This document shows positions 61,068 through 64,000 of a stretch of DNA of 64,000 nucleotides, piece after piece (within the stretch, counting starts at the first letter, position 1; each line of letters opens with the position of its first letter). A model generated the notes under the pieces. That model was not told the origin of the DNA, ran no database searches, and saw nothing but the letters and a program-made list of their open reading frames with translations. The position numbers and the translations under genes are program-made. The stretch comes from an uncultured Oscillospiraceae bacterium (GTDB lineage Bacteria; Bacillota; Clostridia; Christensenellales; CAG-138), in NCBI GenBank assembly GCA_964447605.1, contig CAYUTA010000006.1, positions 6,118 to 70,117 on the forward strand, given 5' to 3'.

Positions 61068-62303
61068 ATGCAGCTGTTGCTCAAAAATGCCAAACTGCGG
61101 AACAACGAAGAACTTGTCGACATCGCCGTAGACAACGGGCGCATTGCGCAAATCGGGCCGTCGCTTTCCCTGGAAGCCGAAACCGTGCTCGACGCAAAGG
61201 GCGCGCTTGTCACGCCGTCGTTCATCGATCCGCACATCCATCTGGACAAGGTGAACATCTTTGACGTTGTGCGCAAGAACGAATCCGGCACGCTCAGGGA
61301 GGCCATCGAGATTATCTGGGATAAGAAAAAGACCTATACCACGGAGGACATTCTGACCCGTTCCGAGGACGTGCTGCTCAAAGCGCTCAAAAACGGCACG
61401 CTCCACATGCGTTCGCACGTGGACGTGGACACCATCGGCGGGCTGAAACCGCTCGGGGGCGTTGTCGCGCTGCGCGAAAAGTACCGTCATGTGATGGATA
61501 TCCAGATCGTCGCGTTCCCGCAGGAGGGCATCGTAAAGGACCCCGGCTGTGACCGGCTCATGTGGGAGGCGATGGAGCACGGCGCGGACGTGGTCGGCGG
61601 CATGCCCGCCAACGAGATTCGCCCGGACGATTCGCGCGCGCACGTCAAGCTTTGCTTTGATATTGCCGAAAAATATAACGCGGACATCGATATGCACGTT
61701 GACGAGACGGACGACCCGTTCTACCGCACGCTGGAGATGATTGCCGACGAGGCGCTGCGCCGCGGCTACATCGGCCGTGTGACGGCGGGGCATACCTGCG
61801 CGCTGGCGGCCTACGACGACCATTACGCGGCCTATGTCATCGACAAGGTCGCGCGGGCGGGCATCCATATCATCACCAACCCCGTTACCAACCTCATGCT
61901 CCAGGGCCGGCTGGACAAGCAGCCCATCCGCCGCGGCATTACGCGTGTCAAGGAGCTGCTCGAGGCGGGCGTGACCGTCAGCTTCGGCCAGGACTGCGTC
62001 AAGGATACGTTCTATCCCTACGGCAGCGCAGACATGCTTCAGGTCGCCAATGTGACCGCGCACGCCGCACAGATGAGCCTGCCGCCTGAAATCGAGAAGG
62101 TGTACGACATGATTACCACCGACGCGGCCGGAATTCTCAAGCTGGACGATTACGGCCTTGCCGTTGGCAGGAAAGCCGATCTGGTCGTCGTCAACGCACA
62201 GGATGCGCGCGACGCAATCCGACTCACGCCGGAGCGCCTGTTCGTCATCCGCGAGGGGAAGGTGGTGGCCAGAACCGCCGTCAGCACGGAACTTGCCATC
62301 TAG
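61068..62303 (+). CDS. amidohydrolase, cytosine-deaminase-like (CodA/AtzC family)
   Basis: ORF trimmed to MQLLLKNAKL (ATG 61068, AGGAGGG RBS). Metal-ligand blocks: SFIDPHIHLDK, MHVDETDD and GHTCAL, plus FGQDCV. Confidence 0.85.
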   Translation: MQLLLKNAKLRNNEELVDIAVDNGRIAQIGPSLSLEAETVLDAKGALVTPSFIDPHIHLDKVNIFDVVRKNESGTLREAIEIIWDKKKTYTTEDILTRSEDVLLKALKNGTLHMRSHVDVDTIGGLKPLGGVVALREKYRHVMDIQIVAFPQEGIVKDPGCDRLMWEAMEHGADVVGGMPANEIRPDDSRAHVKLCFDIAEKYNADIDMHVDETDDPFYRTLEMIADEALRRGYIGRVTAGHTCALAAYDDHYAAYVIDKVARAGIHIITNPVTNLMLQGRLDKQPIRRGITRVKELLEAGVTVSFGQDCVKDTFYPYGSADMLQVANVTAHAAQMSLPPEIEKVYDMITTDAAGILKLDDYGLAVGRKADLVVVNAQDARDAIRLTPERLFVIREGKVVARTAVSTELAI

Positions 62304-62346
62304 CTGTGCAAAAGAGCCGACCAACCGGCAAATGGAATTGCGTGGA

Positions 62347-62380
62347 CAAAATGAGACGGCCGCAAGCGGCCGTCTCATTG
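62347..62380. terminator. bidirectional intrinsic terminator between convergent genes
   Basis: AAAATGAGACGGCCGC-aa-GCGGCCGTCTCATT. On the minus strand the hairpin is followed by TTTTGT. Confidence 0.7.
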
Positions 62381-62401
62381 CTCTGTGCCGGGTTCTGCGC
62401 G

Positions 62402-63670
62402 TCAGCTGAGCAGCTTGTCAAGCGCGGCGAGCTTCAGACTGGTCATAAAGACCCTGAGCGCCTGTTCCAGTTCGGATAGCGGCGGATAGCTCGGCGCAAT
62501 GCGGATGTTGCTGTCCACCGGGTCCGCGCCGCCGGGATAGGTCGCGCCCGCGCCGGTCATGGTTACGCCCGCGGCCTTGCAGTAGGCAAGCGCGGCCCCG
62601 GCCGTGCCGGGCATGGCGTTGAGGCTGACGAAATAGCCGCCCCTGGGCCTGTTCCATTCCGCGATGCCGAGCGGCGCAATCTCGCGTTCCAATGCGGCGA
62701 GCACCGCGTCAAACTTGGGCTTGAGCATGGCCGCATGCCTTTGCATATGCATAAGCGTACCCGCACGGTCCTTGAGGAAGCGCACATGCATGAGCTGATT
62801 GATCTTGTCGTAACCGATGGTTTGGTAGCTCATGAGCTTGAGCACGTATTTAAGGTTGTCCTCGCTCGTAGCCATGCACGAAACGCCCGCGCCCGCAAAG
62901 GTCACCTTGCTGGTGGAAGCAAACTCGTATACCAGGTCGGGATTGCCCGCCTCCCGGCAGATGGCCAGAATATCGGGGAACGGCTCGTCCGCGCCGTCAA
63001 ACGTATGGATGCAATAGGCGTTGTCCCACATCAGCGCAAAGTCGGGCGCGGCGGGACGCATGGCAGCGATGCGGCGGCAGGCGGTCTCGCCGTACACATA
63101 GCCGTCCGGATTGGAAAACTTCGGCACGCACCACATCCCCTTGACCGCCGGGTCCTTGATCTGCGCCTCCACCACATCCATATCCGGGCCGTCGGCGGTG
63201 AGCGGAATCGGTATGAGCTCCATGCCAAACGACAGCGAAAGGTTGAAGTGCCTGTCATAGCCGGGGTACGGGCAGAGGAATTTCACAGTCCCCTCCTGCG
63301 ACCACGGACGCGCGGAATGCATCAGGCCGTGCGTATAGGCCCTGGCAATCAGATCGTACATCAGATTCAGGCTGGCGTTTCCGCCGATCATCACCTCTTC
63401 GGGCCGGCAGCAAAGAAGCTCGGCAAACAGCTTCCGGCAGCTTGGCAGACCCGCCAGCTCGCCATAATTACGCACGTCCGCGCCGTCGCAGATGAAGTTT
63501 CCGTCGTCGAGCGTATGGAGCATCGCGTCGGACAGGGCGACCTGCCCGGCTTCCGGCTTGCCGCGCGCAAGGTTAAGCGCCAGGTTCAGGTCCTTGAGCG
63601 CTTCATAATCCGCCTTGACGCGCGCGTATTCGGCGCGAAGCTGTTCGGGATTCATCTGTGTATACCGCAT
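62402..63670 (-). CDS. class I/II PLP-dependent aminotransferase
   Basis: 422 aa. Layout: ..ARGKP..DVRNYG..., NPDG and STSKV (PLP-binding Lys). The general fold call is solid. Substrate is unknown. Confidence 0.75.
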   Translation of the reverse strand: MRYTQMNPEQLRAEYARVKADYEALKDLNLALNLARGKPEAGQVALSDAMLHTLDDGNFICDGADVRNYGELAGLPSCRKLFAELLCCRPEEVMIGGNASLNLMYDLIARAYTHGLMHSARPWSQEGTVKFLCPYPGYDRHFNLSLSFGMELIPIPLTADGPDMDVVEAQIKDPAVKGMWCVPKFSNPDGYVYGETACRRIAAMRPAAPDFALMWDNAYCIHTFDGADEPFPDILAICREAGNPDLVYEFASTSKVTFAGAGVSCMATSEDNLKYVLKLMSYQTIGYDKINQLMHVRFLKDRAGTLMHMQRHAAMLKPKFDAVLAALEREIAPLGIAEWNRPRGGYFVSLNAMPGTAGAALAYCKAAGVTMTGAGATYPGGADPVDSNIRIAPSYPPLSELEQALRVFMTSLKLAALDKLLS

Positions 63671-63674
63671 CTGC

Positions 63675-64000
63675 TTACTTCTCCTTGTTCAATCGTCTTT
63701 TCATGGTCTTTTCAACCGCGTTGAGAATGTTTTCATACCCCGTACAGCGGCACAGATGCCCGGAAAGCTGCTTTCTCAGCTCCTCGCGCGTATATTCCCT
63801 GCCGGATTCGAGGAGTTCGACCGCCGTCATGATGAAGCCCGGCGTGCAGAAGCCGCATTGCACCGCCGCTTCGTCGACAAACGCCCGCTGGATATCGGAG
63901 AGCTCGCCGTTGGGGCCAAGCAGGCTTTCGAGCGTGCGGATATGCCTGCCATCGGCCCAGACGGCAAGATAGATGCACGAGTTGAAGCACTCCCCGTCGA
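63675..64000 (-). CDS. XDH-family [2Fe-2S]-binding small subunit (set 3), 5' end outside the window
   Basis: The frame stays open to the right window edge. It reads ..DGECFNSCIYLAVWADGRHIRTLESL..AAVQCGFCTPGFIMTAV..HLCRCTGYENIL and stops at 63675. Confidence 0.8.
   Translation of the reverse strand, partial: DGECFNSCIYLAVWADGRHIRTLESLLGPNGELSDIQRAFVDEAAVQCGFCTPGFIMTAVELLESGREYTREELRKQLSGHLCRCTGYENILNAVEKTMKRRLNKEK

Overview
GC-rich chromosomal segment of a Gram-positive anaerobe. It looks Clostridia-like, judged from GGAGG-type ribosome-binding sites, [FeFe]-hydrogenase genes, a Spo0A-type DNA-binding domain, a split transketolase and dcw-type division genes. All calls below come from reading the sequence and the ORF track and from recalled family motifs. 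No database or covariance search was run, and all boundaries of RNA and regulatory elements are approximate. I recognised no rRNA, complete tRNA, CRISPR array, transposase or integrase. Content from left to right: (1) a cobalamin-riboswitch-controlled BtuC/BtuD-like ABC importer on the minus strand. (2) A DUF2233 phosphodiester glycosidase. (3) A ten-gene minus-strand operon for an electron-bifurcating-type HndABCD/HydABC [FeFe]-hydrogenase; its nuoE-like gene is separated from the other structural genes by a six-gene putative sensory cassette (HydS-like hydrogenase, two DRTGG proteins, two GHKL ATPases, one PHP phosphoesterase). (4) A roughly 13 kb minus-strand catabolic supercluster: GNAT-like protein, Cys-less thiolase-fold protein plus DUF35, the DUF2877/FdrA/DUF1116 triad, a cyclase-family hydrolase, a three-subunit XDH-family molybdoenzyme and a UraA-like permease. 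This gene combination matches no pathway I know. (5) pfkA. (6) A frameshifted alpha/beta-hydrolase pseudogene in a lower-GC patch. (7) An envelope glycosylation string: WbqC, a GT2 polyprenyl-phosphate glycosyltransferase, an ArnE/F-like flippase pair, three tandem paralogous GT-C-like membrane proteins and a NUDIX hydrolase, with a divergent AT3 acyltransferase fused to a TSCPD-like module. (8) An NlpC/P60 hydrolase followed by ftsW-murA-ftsQ; FtsQ carries a proline-rich tandem repeat. (9) An XRE-HTH/S24 repressor divergent from the split transketolase. (10) An LRR lipoprotein, a GT39-like transferase and an 854-aa two-domain envelope protein. (11) Mop, then an XRE regulator with an orphan Spo0A C-terminal-domain protein. 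(12) A second XDH-family set, a cytosine-deaminase-like amidohydrolase, an aminotransferase and the end of a third XDH-type set. Many long ORFs in the track are antisense shadow ORFs typical of GC-rich DNA and were not annotated.
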